Below, in pieces: positions 10,808 through 22,394 of a stretch of 64,000 nucleotides of DNA (position 1 is its first letter; every line of letters begins with the position of its first letter). Location of the stretch: the NCBI GenBank assembly GCA_963705255.1, contig OY970061.1, positions 1,184,001 to 1,248,000 of the forward strand. The letters run 5' to 3'. This DNA is from an uncultured Methanoregulaceae archaeon (GTDB taxonomy: Archaea > Halobacteriota > Methanomicrobia > Methanomicrobiales > Methanospirillaceae). Both the position numbers and the translations under genes were made by a program. The notes under the pieces are model-generated. The model was not told the origin of the DNA. It searched no databases and saw nothing but the letters and a program-made list of their open reading frames with translations.

Positions 10808-11479
10808 ATGCAGCCGGTCATCCAGTTTTCCGATGTGGTTAAAATCTACCCGCTCAAGGCCGGAGATGTGATGGCGCTCAACCACATCTCATTTGAAGTG
10901 GAACGCGGGGAGTTCATCTCGATCATGGGGCCATCAGGTTCCGGCAAATCAACGCTGTTGAACCTGATGGGATGCCTTGATACGCCGACTACCGGTGATA
11001 TCTTCATGAGCGGGATCGGCGTGCGCGACATGAGCGATGTCGAACTCACGAACCTGCGACGGGATCGCATCGGGTTCATCTTCCAGTACTTCAACCTCTT
11101 CCCGCTGTTAAACATCATCGAGAATGTAAGTTTTCCCCAGATGCTCAAGTCGCAAAAAAGTGTTGATCCTAAAAAAGCCATCGAAGTACTCAATGCAGTC
11201 CAGCTCGAAGAACATCTCTACACCCACACACCGCTTGAACTCTCGGGAGGCCAGCAGCAGAGGGTTGCTGTCGCACGGGCGCTCATCAACGATCCGGATA
11301 TCCTGCTCTGCGATGAACCAACAGGTAATCTCGATTCAAAGACCGGGGCAAGCATCATGGAGCTTATGACGGAACTCAACCGGAAGGGTTCGACCATCAT
11401 CGTAGTGACCCATGACCCGCATGTTGCCAGTTACACGAACCGAACGATCCGGATCGTTGACGGGAGAATTGCAACATGA
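10808..11479 (+). CDS. ABC transporter ATP-binding protein (LolD/SalX type)
   Basis: GPSGSGKST, LSGGQQQRVAVARAL, LLCDEPTGNLD, VTHD. Confidence 0.95.
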   Translation: MQPVIQFSDVVKIYPLKAGDVMALNHISFEVERGEFISIMGPSGSGKSTLLNLMGCLDTPTTGDIFMSGIGVRDMSDVELTNLRRDRIGFIFQYFNLFPLLNIIENVSFPQMLKSQKSVDPKKAIEVLNAVQLEEHLYTHTPLELSGGQQQRVAVARALINDPDILLCDEPTGNLDSKTGASIMELMTELNRKGSTIIVVTHDPHVASYTNRTIRIVDGRIAT

Positions 11480-12682
11480 GTACGATATTCTGGGAGATCT
11501 CCAAACGAAATATCCGGATCCACATGTTGCGCTCGACCCTTGCAATGCTCGGGATCATCATCGGTGTCGTCGCCATTGGTGCCATGGGTATCCTTGGAAA
11601 CAGTATGACGCAAGAGATCAGCTCGAGTCTTTCTTCAGTGGGGGACTCAGGTAATTGTCACCCCGTACAGCGGGGGCGGTGGCGGGGGGATGGGAGGTGG
11701 TGGCGGAGGAAGCTCAGCAAACTTAATGCTCACCGACCAGAATTACCAGCAGATCAAACGTGTCGTCGCCCCGAACGTGGCGATTCCCGTACTTTCAACA
11801 TCAGAACACATGAAAGTGGGTGTCGGAAGCGACGACATTGTGGCGACCATTTACGGGCTCCCTCCGGATCAAACCAAAGACCTGCTTCCCGAACTTGAAG
11901 CCGGAGATTACAACAACGGGAACTCCGGCTGCCTCGTGGGATCGACTTTTGCAAAGGATCATAACGTCAAGGTCGGGTCACGGATTTCCATCGGATCCGA
12001 CGGGAAATACGGGGCGCTCAGGGTTACCGGTATAATTAAGGAACGGGGGATGAGCTTCGATATCAGCACCGATAGTGCCCTTGTCGTGACAAAAGACTGG
12101 TTTGAGAATACCTACAACGAGCAGAATGAATACAATGAAGTTGTCGTAAAAGTTACCAGCGGCAACACTGCCGATGTAACGACGACTATCGAGAATCAGC
12201 TCAACCGAAACACCAGAGACAAGACCGTTTCCGTGACGGACAGTAAGGCAACCCTCTCATCCATCTACGCGACATTTAGCACGGTCACGACATTTGTCGA
12301 GGCTATTGGTGGCATCTCGATGATCGTTGCCGGGGTCTCCATCTTTAACATCATGATGATGTCAGTCAATGAAAGGATCAAGGAGATCGGGATCATGCGC
12401 AGCATCGGCACCCAGAAAAAAGAGGTGATGAGCATGTTCATCTATGAGGCTGCCATCATCGGTGTCACTGGAAGCCTGATCGGGGGGAGTCTCTGTATCC
12501 TTGCCGGGTATGCGATAAGCGCCCTGATGCTCAAGACCACCGAGTACCTCTTCACCGTAGCGAGTATGATGTCAGTGGTCGAGGGAGTAGGGTTTGGGAT
12601 CGTCATCTGTATTCTCTGTGGAGTGTATCCGGCGTGGCAGGCGGCAAATCTCAACCCGATCGATGCGCTGAGGCACGAGTGA
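11476..12682 (+). CDS. ABC transporter permease, MacB/FtsX type (frameshift near 11650)
   Basis: 'RSTLAMLGIIIGV', 'NIMMMSVNERIKEIGIMRSIG', 'YPAWQAANLNPIDALRHE'. Confidence 0.9.
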
Positions 12683-12689
12683 GGGATAT

Positions 12690-13014
12690 ATGCGCACTCA
12701 CATTTTTCACCCTGCAATCAAAAACTCCGTGACCGGGGGTCGTACAGATACGACAGAGGGAGTCGCACTCCTTGACCGGCGACCCGAAAAAAGCGATCCT
12801 GACCATTATGCAAAGCCTTGTATTTGCCATTCTCTTTGCATACGCGTTTACGTTCATCTTCAGGATGGGGGAGACCGGGATCTGGTGGGGCATGGTTGTG
12901 GGTGAAATTGTAGGGGGACTGTTTGCCTTTCCGTGGGCGCGTGTATACCTTTCACGACTGAAGAGCCAGAGCGGGGAAAAGACGCCCATACCAAAACGGG
13001 TGGCCGGACAATGA
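12690..13014 (+). pseudogene. Internally deleted MATE efflux transporter remnant
   Basis: MATE-like start 'TEGVALLTGDPKKAI' joined directly to MATE-like last helices 'GETGIWWGMVVGEIVGG'. Confidence 0.6.
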
Positions 13015-13056
13015 CGCCGGCCTATTGGCAAACAAAACCGGCAGGAGCTAACCAGC

Positions 13057-13215
13057 ATGTCTCATAAAAACCCGTGGGTTCTCATCACGTCGGAGGAAAT
13101 TGCCGAAATACGCAGGCACCTGCGTGTTCTTGAGGTGGGGGGATCCAAAAAGTGCCGGGACAGTATCGGCGCGATTGCCGGAATCCTCATTTTCGTTGAA
13201 CGACACCTGCAATGA
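13057..13215 (+). CDS. Small hypothetical protein (52 aa; below the ORF-track cutoff)
   Basis: AGGAG upstream; MSHKNPWVLITSEEIAEIRRHLRVLEVGGSKKCRDSIGAIAGILIFVERHLQ*. Confidence 0.45.
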   Translation: MSHKNPWVLITSEEIAEIRRHLRVLEVGGSKKCRDSIGAIAGILIFVERHLQ

Positions 13216-14144
13216 TCGAATACCGCTTGAAAAAAACCAGACATGTCTGGTCAAAACATCAAGGGAGGATGCGCATGAAACAACACCGCTAAAAAAACAA
13301 AAAAGGATTCTGGAACGTCAGACCCGGTAACAAACGCTCGAAAAAGAGCGGGCTGTTTCTTGGGAATGTGGTGCGATGACCATGCTCGAAAAAAGTATGC
13401 GGTAACGGGGGAATCCGGGGGATGCTGGTCAAAGAGTATAAAAACCCCGATACCCTCTCCGGGCCCTCTTTACCCTGTTTCCCACTTTCTGGGCACAAGA
13501 AGGGAGGAAAAGCAATACCTGCTTTCCTGATCATCGTGAAGTACCCGTTCCCTAGTATCTGTCTTCCGGGGGCGAAATTCCTGAATCTTCGGAATCGTTT
13601 TTTCCCTGCCCGGGAAGGGCGCTGATCCGGTGTTCTTTCCTTGAGTTCTTTGGGGAAGGACCGGGCGGACCGGCGGGTTCTGGTGCGTTGTCGTGGCTTC
13701 ATTATGAAACATAGAGAATTTGCTGTTTAGTGCTTTCAGATAATTCAAGGCGTTATTAAGAACTATTTTTGGAAGGAAATATCACAGACCCAAATACGCA
13801 CCAGAACCTCAAAGCTAAAACTTTAAGCAAAATCAAAGTGATCTTCTATATCTTTTAAGATTGTCGATTAAAATAAAGCATGATTTAATACTTTATTTCG
13901 GTTTGTGTAAGACTAACCGAAACGCTTTCGGATGGCAAAAAGATCTACCACCGTGAGATCTCTCCGGGCCGGATCATCCAATCCGATCCACGGATCAGAC
14001 CGGCCGGATCACAGAAAATATTGCCTGATACAACAAAAGGAGAATAGAATTTTAAGAAGATTCAAGAAACATCAATAAAAATAGTTAACAATAGATAGAT
14101 TGTGACTTTCTTTAAAAAAGAGATTCCCGATTCCTTTTCCGTTC

Positions 14145-15179
14145 TCATATGAAGAACCGGAACGTGATCCACGCCACAATCAGCATGATGGCCGAATACT
14201 TCAGCCCCGCGATGAAGCGCCCCTCGCCCATCTGGCCGGCCACGAGGCCCGAGAAGAACCCCTGGAGCATGGCGGCGTGGGAGAAGAGCCGCTTGTACAC
14301 GAAGAGATCGATCTTCCCCATAAACCCGTGCGCACCGGCAGCGGCTGCGGCTGCCCCTGCTGTTGCCATCGTCGAGAGGAACGACGAGACTAGGATGGCG
14401 ATGACGAACAGGAACACCGCGAACGAGACGAGTGACGATGATGACGTAGATGAGCATATTGTTGCTGCGTTCGGTCTGGAGGTTCACCACTTCGAACGTA
14501 TCCTTCGCAGCAGCCCTCAGGACCTCGCTCACGTCACCGCCGGCTTTGCTCGCCTTGGCGATAAGGTCGACACTCCGGTCGGCGAGCTTGTACCAAGGCC
14601 CCTCCCGAAGCGGTACAGGGCTTCGACGAAATTGACACCCCAGGACATCTCGTTGTCGAGTTTCCGTATGTGCGGGGTGAGGGTCCCGTATTCCGCACCT
14701 GCTACGAGGTGGACGGCCGTCGGGAGGGTCATGCCGGAATCGTTCATCCCCGCAAGATCGCGGAAGAAGTTGGGCAGTGCATTCTCAAGGTTTTTGACCC
14801 GGACCTGTTCCCGTAAGTCCAGGAGCGCGACCGGGATGATGGCGATCAGGACAGCAAAGACCGCAAAATCGTCGACAGACGTTGAATTGAAGAGTACTCC
14901 CATGCCATAGGTCCTCACCATGAAGAGGAAACCCCCGATGAAAACCAGCAGGGAGAGCGGGATGCAGACGATGAGGATGTTCTCCGGGCGCTCGGTCAGG
15001 ACCTGGAACGGGTGTTTCAGGAACTTTCCAACCCCTTCCCTGCTCTGCCGTTCGTGCTCGAGCTTCTTCGTGATCTCGGCAAATTCGTCTTCCACGGGCC
15101 CGAGCTCATCGGTCCTGATCGGCTCGCGGCTGTGGGGGCCCTTGTTGAGCAGGTTGCTGAAAATATCGGAAAATCCCAT
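14145..15179 (-). CDS. Type IV pilus/T2SS-F (TadC/FlaJ-like) platform protein 2 (frameshifted)
   Basis: 'ENALPNFFRDLAGMNDSGMTL', 'YGTLTPHI', 'MSWG'; C-terminal 'QGFFSGLVAGQMGEG....GLKY'. Confidence 0.85.
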
Positions 15180-15181
15180 AG

Positions 15182-16106
15182 TCAGGACTCCGGCGTCATG
15201 GAACTGATCATGATCACGAACGCAATACTCCCGAGAGGTATCATGATGTAGATGATGGCATAGAGGAACAGGGGGCGGTTGTCTCCTGAAAGCACCGACA
15301 TGATTGACTGCAGGATGATCAGGAAGAGGGTGCCGGCCACCATCGCCGTCACGTAGGACTCCGCGATCAGCCCGAGCATCTCGAGGAACTGCTTCTGGGT
15401 CTGGCGGTTCTCGAGCGCGTACTGGTCTGCCTTCGTGCGGAAATACTCGGTGAGGTTGCCGCCGCTGGAGATACTCGCCATCGCACCCTGCAGGAACTCT
15501 TTCATGCGCTTGCTCGGGGTACTCGCGGAAACCAGCCGCAGGGCATCGATCAGGTCGCGCCCGAAGATATCGATCTCGCGGGCGACATACCGGGCCTCCA
15601 CCGAGCTTTCCCCATAGATCGGGCTGTCGCCAAGGAGGCGGAACACTTCGGCCGGGGTGATGCCTGCCGTGGACATTGAGGTCACATAGTTGATAGCGTA
15701 CGGGAGACTCGCGTCGATGTTCCGCCGCCGGTTACCGGCCTCGAGGCCCGGGTACATGATGAAGGCTGCATAGGTCAGCCCCCCGAATACGAGGAGGGAG
15801 AAGATGGTGATGGCGATCGTCCCGATCAGGAGACTGTGGACGGAAAGGGCAACGAGCGGGCCGGGAACGGCCCCGCGGTACTTGATGAGGGCGGGGATCT
15901 TCAGGATCCAGCTGAACAGGCCGATGACAGCCGCCGCACAGAACCCGACAATGATCGAACTGACGAATGCCGTCGAGAGATATACCTCGAAGGGGGTCTT
16001 GAACCGGGCCGAGAGGAGGTCGTTCCGGAGCTGGGAGGTACTCGTCGCGTTTCCCTTTCATCCGCTTGCCGAAGAGGTTGAAGCAGAACCGCTCGTAACT
16101 ATTCAT
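15182..16106 (-). CDS. Type IV pilus/T2SS-F platform protein 1 (frameshift near 16035)
   Basis: 'RRRNIDASLPYAINYVTSMSTAGITP', 'IYGESSVE', 'FGRDLIDAL', 'TPSKRMKEFLQG', 'AESYVT'. Confidence 0.9.
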
Positions 16107-18512
16107 AGAGGTCCTTCCTCACCCTCTCGATGACTGCTTCCGGGTCGCGGTGATAGGAGATGAGGATCTTCGCCACGTCCTTGTAGTGCCGTATCTTCTT
16201 GATCCTCATCCATTCGAGCACCTCCTGGCGGCGCTTGAGCTCCTCGCGCATCCGGTTCTCGCTCCACCCCTTCGCTTCCATGATCTCTTCGAGCAGGTAG
16301 GACTTCCCGGAATAGTTGTGCTCGTCGGTGGCAGAGCGCCACTTGAAGACCTCGTTCGTTATCAGTTCGTTCGTCCTCGGGTCGATATCGAGGATCTCGA
16401 CGATCTGCTTGTTCCTCCTGATCCGCTTGCCGCCAACCCGGGCCTGCACCTGGACGCAGATGAAGTCAAGAGCGGAGAGCATATTGCGGGGCACGTCCAT
16501 CGGGGGGTTCTCGATACGGTGGACGACGCTGGCGACCGAGTCGGCGTGCGTAGTGGAATAGGTGACGTGGCCGGTGCTCATCGCCTGGAAGAGCGTCTGG
16601 CATTCCTTGCCCCGTACTTCGCCTACGATGATGTACTCGGGACGCTGCCGCATCGCGGCACGCAGGAGTTCGTACATGTTGATCTCCCCCCTCCCGGCCG
16701 TGTCGAACGAGTCCCGGGTGACACTGGGGATCCAGTTGGGGTGGGGGAGTTTCACTTCGCGGGTATCTTCAAGCGAGACGATCTTCGCCATGGGGGGGAT
16801 GAAGAGCGAGATGGCGTTCAGGGCCGTGGTCTTTCCCGATGCCGTCCCCCCGGCGAAGATCGCGGATTTGCCGTTCTCCACCGCGAGCCAGATGTAAGCG
16901 ATGGAGAGCGGGGCGAACGTGTGCCACTCGATGAGGTCCGTGGGAGTGATGGGTTCGTCCTTGAACTTGCGGATGGTGAACGTGGAGCCATGGGCTGTGA
17001 CCTCCTGGCCGAGTGTCATCTGGATACGGGAACCGTCCTGCATCGTCGCGTCGAGGATCGGTTCGGCGATCGAGATGTACTTGCCTGCACGCTGGGCAAG
17101 CTTGGTCACGAAAGAGTCGAGATCTTCCGCGGTATGGTATGCGAGCGTGGTCTTCATCGATTCGTAGCTCGAGTGGAACGCGAAGATGGGTGTGCTGACA
17201 CCGTCGCACGAGATATCCTCGATGTACTTGTCATGCATGATCGCATCGATCAGGCCGTCGCCGAGGAAGTCCTTGTGCATGTTGTAATGGATCTTCTCCC
17301 GCTGGATCGGCGGAAGCCTGATCCCGTAGTCCTGCATGATCTCGTTGGTCGCAATCCGGAGCTTCACCCGTGCATCATCCCTGGAGATGTCCTTGGTGTT
17401 GATGTCCAGCGTCTCGAAGAGGCGTTCCTTGAGCTCCTTCAGCAGCTCCTTCTCAGGGTCGGTGAGCACAGGTTCGAGGACCTGGTACGTGTATTCGTGG
17501 GTGGAGTGGTCGTAGATGATGCGGACATAGGCATACGGCTCGTTGACCGGGTACATCTCCATCTCCTCGATACCGGGCTGCGGGATGAAGACGGTATCCA
17601 CGAGCGGGCCGTGTTTTTTCGGGCTGTATTCCTCCTGCTCGGTGCGGATCGCGCTGAACAGGGCCGAGAGCCCGAACCTCTTCGGTCCTGCCTTCAGCCT
17701 GGCTCCGCTTTCGGCGCTTTCTTCGTCAATGTCAAGGTCCTTGAAACCGGCCGTTGAAAACTCCCGTTTCCAGATCTCGGCAAATTCCGGCGGGAGGGAA
17801 CTGCCCGTTGAACCTTCAAACGCATTGATCCTCCCGTGCAGTTTGATCTCCTCGATCTTGAAAGTCGCCCCTTTGGGAAGGATCAGGCCGGAGATATCGG
17901 ATATCTGGTCGACCGAGATAATTTTTTCATCGGTCTCGGTCTCTTTCGGGGCAGGTGCCGCTTCAGCGGCTGCCGCCACCCTTTTTGCGGCCTTCGGTTT
18001 CCTCATCGCAGCTTTCGGGTCCTCGTCGATGATCTCGATCACTTCTTCGTGTGCGGGTTCCCGGGGAGCCGCAGGTTCCGGTGACGTGGGGGAGGAAACC
18101 CCTTCATGTGCAGATGCGGGCGCCCGGTGGGTGTCCGCCGGAGTTCCGGAACTCCCGACCCCTGCATTCATGGAACCCGGATCCGGTTTTGCCTCAACAG
18201 CCGTTTCTTCGGCAGGGGTCTCTGCATCTTCGAGCAGGTCATCGAGGCTGCTGACCTGCTCTTCTCCGGGACTGGAGGATGACTGCCCTGGAGAGGTTTC
18301 CGGTGCAGGAGATTCTCCGGGGCAGCCATCCCCAGTTTTTTCATGAGGATCGAAAAATCACCGGAATCGGGTGCAGGTCCGGACCGGGGTGCAGCGGGTG
18401 CAGCCGGGGCCTCATCAGGCTGCTCTGGTACCGCTTCCTTCTTCTTTGAGCCACGGATCATATCCGCAATTGAGTTCATATCGTCAGGCGTATCGTCGTC
18501 TCCTCTGGTCAT
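16099..18512 (-). CDS. Type IV pilus/T2SS-E (VirB11/FlaI-like) ATPase with long low-complexity N-terminal extension (frameshift near 18330)
   Basis: 'IEDISCDG', Walker A 'GGTASGKTT', 'LEDTRE', 'RQRPEYIIVGEVRGKE', 'TGH...STTHA'; probable start MTRGDDD at 18512. Confidence 0.9.
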
Positions 18513-18689
18513 GCTGGACCTCCCCACGTTGGATCGTGAAATCGCGGTACCGGTTGTTTCAGATGGTTTTCCGGAATGCTGGTAAAAGATAATTTGTGTA
18601 GGAGTATATCTACCCTCCGGGGACGCAAATGCCCCCGGATTACCACCGGCGACCTGCAAAACCCGCGTACAGGAATGATCTCCCCCCGT

Positions 18690-19408
18690 TTACCCGGCTG
18701 TCTCTTTCTGGATGCTTCTTAACATGACCCTGATGAGCCCGAGCTGGGCATCGGCAGTCGTGAAGATGCACAGGGAAAGGTCCCCGCACGGGGCGATGAT
18801 GATCTTGTTCCGGGCTGTTTCGAGGATCAACTGGTCCAGGTCGCCGATCTTCATATCCTCAGCTATCCTGCTCCCTGCCCGCATGAGATCCTCGGCCGAA
18901 GCGGCGACATGCTCAAAATCTGCATCACCTATCGACTGTACCGGGAACCCTTCAAAAAATGCCGAGACCGCAATGACCCCGGGCTGGCTCGCAATCTTCC
19001 TGAGCTTGCCCTCGTCCAGGAGTTCCGGAGGGGCCCCGGGTTCCCCGGCGCCCTTTTTGCCGGGGCCGTGTTATACCCTGAACCCGGGAGCAGCAGGTCT
19101 TCGTCCCGGGAGATCCGTACTGCCTGGGAGAATTCCTGTTCATCGTATTTTCGCAGGGAGAACGTCTGGGGTGCTTCATCTTCCCCCTGTTCCGAGGTCA
19201 TGCGGGAAAGGGCATCATTTCCTTTAAATGCCCCCTCCCCGGTCCGGAAGTAGGCGGAGACGAGCGTCCCGTTGTCCGTCAGGATCAGGCCGTGACCCGC
19301 ACCGGTCTCGATCTCAATAGCGCCACGGAAGGTCGTCAGTTCCTGGACGAACCCCTCGTCCTGGGGGTTGGAAATGGTCCCTCCATCGGTTCCTGCAGGG
19401 AATTTCAT
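18690..19408 (-). CDS. DUF2226-like N-terminal domain fused to a Roadblock/LC7 domain (frameshift near 19030)
   Basis: 'MKFPAG...FRGAIEI....GHGLILTDNG.LVSAYF'; C-terminal 'IGDLDQLILETARNKIIIAP...LCIFT..DAQLGLIRV'. Confidence 0.7.
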
Positions 19409-19424
19409 AGAAGAAGAAAGGTGA

Positions 19425-19772
19425 TCAGAGTGCAGCAACAATCCGTTCTTTGTTCTTCTTCAGCTTGTACCGGATCCTTCCGACATTTGACGTCGTATCC
19501 GCTACAATGGCGATGAGTTCGTCCGTTGAAAGCGGGGAGAGGATGATCGGCCCTTTTTCCAGTTCGACGAGCATCTGCAGGAGCTCGCCTTTCCCCAGAG
19601 TACTGCCCATCGCTTCGGAAGTCCCAAGGCCGGTTGACGCCATGGCTCCAAGAGCTTCGATATCAACTTTGCCGGAGACTGCACTTTCTATCACAAAACC
19701 GTCCCTTCCCACGACGACCGCAGCTGATATCCCTTCCACCTTCAGAAATTCCTCGAGCAATGGTTTCAGCAT
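19425..19772 (-). CDS. Roadblock/LC7 (MglB-like) protein
   Basis: 'VEGISAAVVVGRDGFVIES', 'ALGAM', 'LGKGELLQMLVELEKG', 'NVGRIRY'. Confidence 0.9.
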   Translation of the reverse strand: MLKPLLEEFLKVEGISAAVVVGRDGFVIESAVSGKVDIEALGAMASTGLGTSEAMGSTLGKGELLQMLVELEKGPIILSPLSTDELIAIVADTTSNVGRIRYKLKKNKERIVAAL

Positions 19773-19993
19773 ATCTGCACCACGTTATAAATGTATCTTC
19801 TTACTCTGTATCTATTAAAATGTTGGTCTTTCTCCTTGCTTTTCTGTTCCGGGAGAGGGGTCGTGGGGTGAAAATATCGCCGATCCGGCATTGATTCCTG
19901 CAGGACCTGCGTGCGGGCCCGAACTGTGCTTATGCAGCCCGATCGTCGTCCGCCCATAAAGAAACTTTATAGGTGAACACCGTCATAGTAACC

Positions 19994-20757
19994 ATGATGC
20001 AGCTTCCGAGGGGCACATTCCGGGAAATACGGAAAAATACAACGGTTGGGGTTGTTCTGAAGGAACTGGAGCGTACAACATTTTCCGGGATCTGCAGCCT
20101 CTCATCCGATCGTGGTACCGGGACGCTCGTGTACCAGTCAGGCACGTGCATTCTCGTCAAATTCCATGGCAAACCCGGCGATCCCGGGTGGGAGGAACTC
20201 CAGAGATGCGGGGGGGAAGTGGACGCCGCCCTCTCAACGCTTGACGAGGCACAGGTCCAGCTCTCCCTCGAATTCAACAAGGCCTGCAGGCTCGTGAAGG
20301 CAGGAAAGGGCGGTCCGTCGCGGAAATCCCCTGCTTATGCTCCCCCCAGCGAGCCTGAAAAAACGGCGGGGGACGCTCACCACACGGCTGCACCGGTACG
20401 GATCCTGCCAAAATCCTCTCCTGCAGCATCGCCTTCCACAGCGAAGGTTTCTCCGGAAAATACATCGCATGCATCCGGGCGGCAATCACCGCAGGTTCCT
20501 GTCCTCTCAGGGGCCCGTCCATCGGCCGGTCGTCCCACATCAAAGGTTCCTCCCCCCACCGGGAACCGGTACAGGTTACGGGAGAGGAGAAGAGCGGCGG
20601 GGAGGCCGGGCGGTCCCCGGATGGGAGCGCCGGTTCTTCCGACCGGGATCTCGATACCCTTGACATCCAGGACCTGGAAAACGTCACGGATAAGATCCGC
20701 AACGACTGCAAGACCATGATCAGGCAGCTCAACCTCGAGCACCTCATGGAACGCTGA
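19994..20757 (+). CDS. DUF2226-like protein with Pro/Ser linker and acidic helical C-terminus (frameshift near 20570)
   Basis: 'MQLPRG...ELERTTFSGIC...GTLVY..G'; shifted frame ends 'DLDTLDIQDLENVTDKIRNDCKTMIRQLNLEHLMER*'. Confidence 0.65.
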
Positions 20758-20775
20758 CCGGGCAGGAGTTGATCC

Positions 20776-21363
20776 ATCACGACCGGTCTGATCCCCGTTT
20801 CTGATTCCATTCTTCCGTTCATTATCATCGGCATCCTCGTTATTGCCGGGATCATCCTCGCCGTGGTATACTGGAGAAGACGCAGGGTGAGACTACCATA
20901 TCACCGGCGGGCGGCGGTTCCGGCTGCACCCGGACCCAACCGTTTCGGGTACCAGCCGGAAGCAAGGCCCGTCCCGCTGGTAAGGCCCAGGACTGCAGTC
21001 AGTCAGGTACCAAAAATTACTCCGGTGCCGGAAGAGACCAGTGTCACGGAGGGAACGGCAGACATCACCCAGAGTCTCGGTGCAGTCGTCGCGAAATATT
21101 CGCTCGACGGGTTCACCATGGCCACCTCCGACGGGCTCGTGTTTGCTTCGAGCGGGGGAGATGATACCGGAGCGGAAGCTGCACGCTACAGCGGGATCTT
21201 CCGGAACGATCCCTTCTCAGAAACCCCCGGTGTCGTAATGTTCGGGTTCTCTCACAAGGGCTCCGAGCTTGTCGGCATCATCCGGTCTGACCACCCGGTA
21301 TCGGAGGAGACCAGGAAGAAGATCGAAAGAGACGCAGACGAGATCATACACCGGTGGATATGA
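20776..21363 (+). CDS. Membrane-anchored protein with a truncated Roadblock-like C-terminal domain (start uncertain)
   Basis: Frame is open upstream of 20863, giving TM helix 'ILPFIIIGILVIAGIILAVVYW'; then 'KYSLDGFTMATSDGLVFASSG'. Confidence 0.6.
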   Translation: MTTGLIPVSDSILPFIIIGILVIAGIILAVVYWRRRRVRLPYHRRAAVPAAPGPNRFGYQPEARPVPLVRPRTAVSQVPKITPVPEETSVTEGTADITQSLGAVVAKYSLDGFTMATSDGLVFASSGGDDTGAEAARYSGIFRNDPFSETPGVVMFGFSHKGSELVGIIRSDHPVSEETRKKIERDADEIIHRWI

Positions 21364-21433
21364 AAAAAAGAGGCCCGGACTCCAGTAATCTTATATAAAT
21401 TCAATAGAAATACTCATCACGGCAGGGGGTTTA

Positions 21434-22228
21434 ATGGTCAAGGTCTACACGATTGCTTCCGGAAAAGGAGGAACTGGGAAGACCACCGTGTCCGTGAACC
21501 TTGGTACCATGCTCGCACAGCTCGGCAAGGAGACCTACCTGATGGATGCCGATATCGGCATGGCGAATGTGGGCCTGTTGCTGGGCCTGCATGACGCACC
21601 GGTCACCCTCCATGAGATCCTTGCCGGAAAAGGAAACATCAACGATGCAATTTACGAGGGTCCGGCAGGGCTCAAGGTTATCCCGAGCGGCATCTCCCTC
21701 CAGGGGTTCCAGCAGGCAGACCCGGACAAGATCCGGGATGTCATGACCGAGCTCGTGAAACGCTGCGAGTTCCTCCTGATCGATGCCCCGGCCGGTATCA
21801 GCAAGGACGGTGTCGTCCCCCTTGCCGTTGCCGATGAAGTGATCCTTGTGGTGAACCCTGAACTTTCCTCCATCGTTGACGCCCTCAAGACCAAGATCCT
21901 GACCGAAGTTGTCGGGGGGCATGTCCTCGGTTCCATCATCAACCGTATCGACCAGGACAAGACCGATATCATAACCAGGAAGATGGAGAAAGTCCTCGGC
22001 GTGAAGGTCCTCGGGATCATCCCTGAAGACCCCAATATCCGGCGGTCATCGTCCGCAAAGACCCCCATTGTCATAAAGTTCCCGATGTCTCCCGCTTCGA
22101 AGGCAATCCGGAGGATCGCATCCGATCTCGTCGGAGTTGCCTACAAGGAAGAGAAGACTCCCGAAGTAAAGGAAGGGTTCATCGACCGGTTCAGCAAAGC
22201 ACTCTTCAAGAAAAAGTCCGAGAACTAG
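21434..22228 (+). CDS. minD: Archaeal MinD-family ATPase
   Basis: 'IASGKGGTGKTT', 'DADIGMAN', 'LIDAPAG', 'IPEDPNIR'; C-terminal amphipathic 'GFIDRFSKALF'. Confidence 0.92.
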   Translation: MVKVYTIASGKGGTGKTTVSVNLGTMLAQLGKETYLMDADIGMANVGLLLGLHDAPVTLHEILAGKGNINDAIYEGPAGLKVIPSGISLQGFQQADPDKIRDVMTELVKRCEFLLIDAPAGISKDGVVPLAVADEVILVVNPELSSIVDALKTKILTEVVGGHVLGSIINRIDQDKTDIITRKMEKVLGVKVLGIIPEDPNIRRSSSAKTPIVIKFPMSPASKAIRRIASDLVGVAYKEEKTPEVKEGFIDRFSKALFKKKSEN

Positions 22229-22394
22229 CGTACGGTTTTTCTGTTGCAGTCTGTTTTCTGATTCCGGATTATTGAACCGCTTTTTCATTGTATTGACCCC
22301 GGTTCGCGATTCCTGAATTCTTTTTCGATAGAAATAACCTTTCATCCTGCCCCACATGGATACCGGTCACGAGAATTCGGACAGAAGAAATTTT

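Noticed and set aside
16150-17757. Long antisense ORFs (also 43769-44848, 55567-56466, 56775-58118)
   Set aside because: Shadow frames of GC-rich, codon-biased real genes on the opposite strand, with no recognisable motifs
14145-18512. Archaellum (arl/fla) operon
   Set aside because: Two separate platform genes and no archaellins, ArlH or ArlF/G; this fits a pilus-type system
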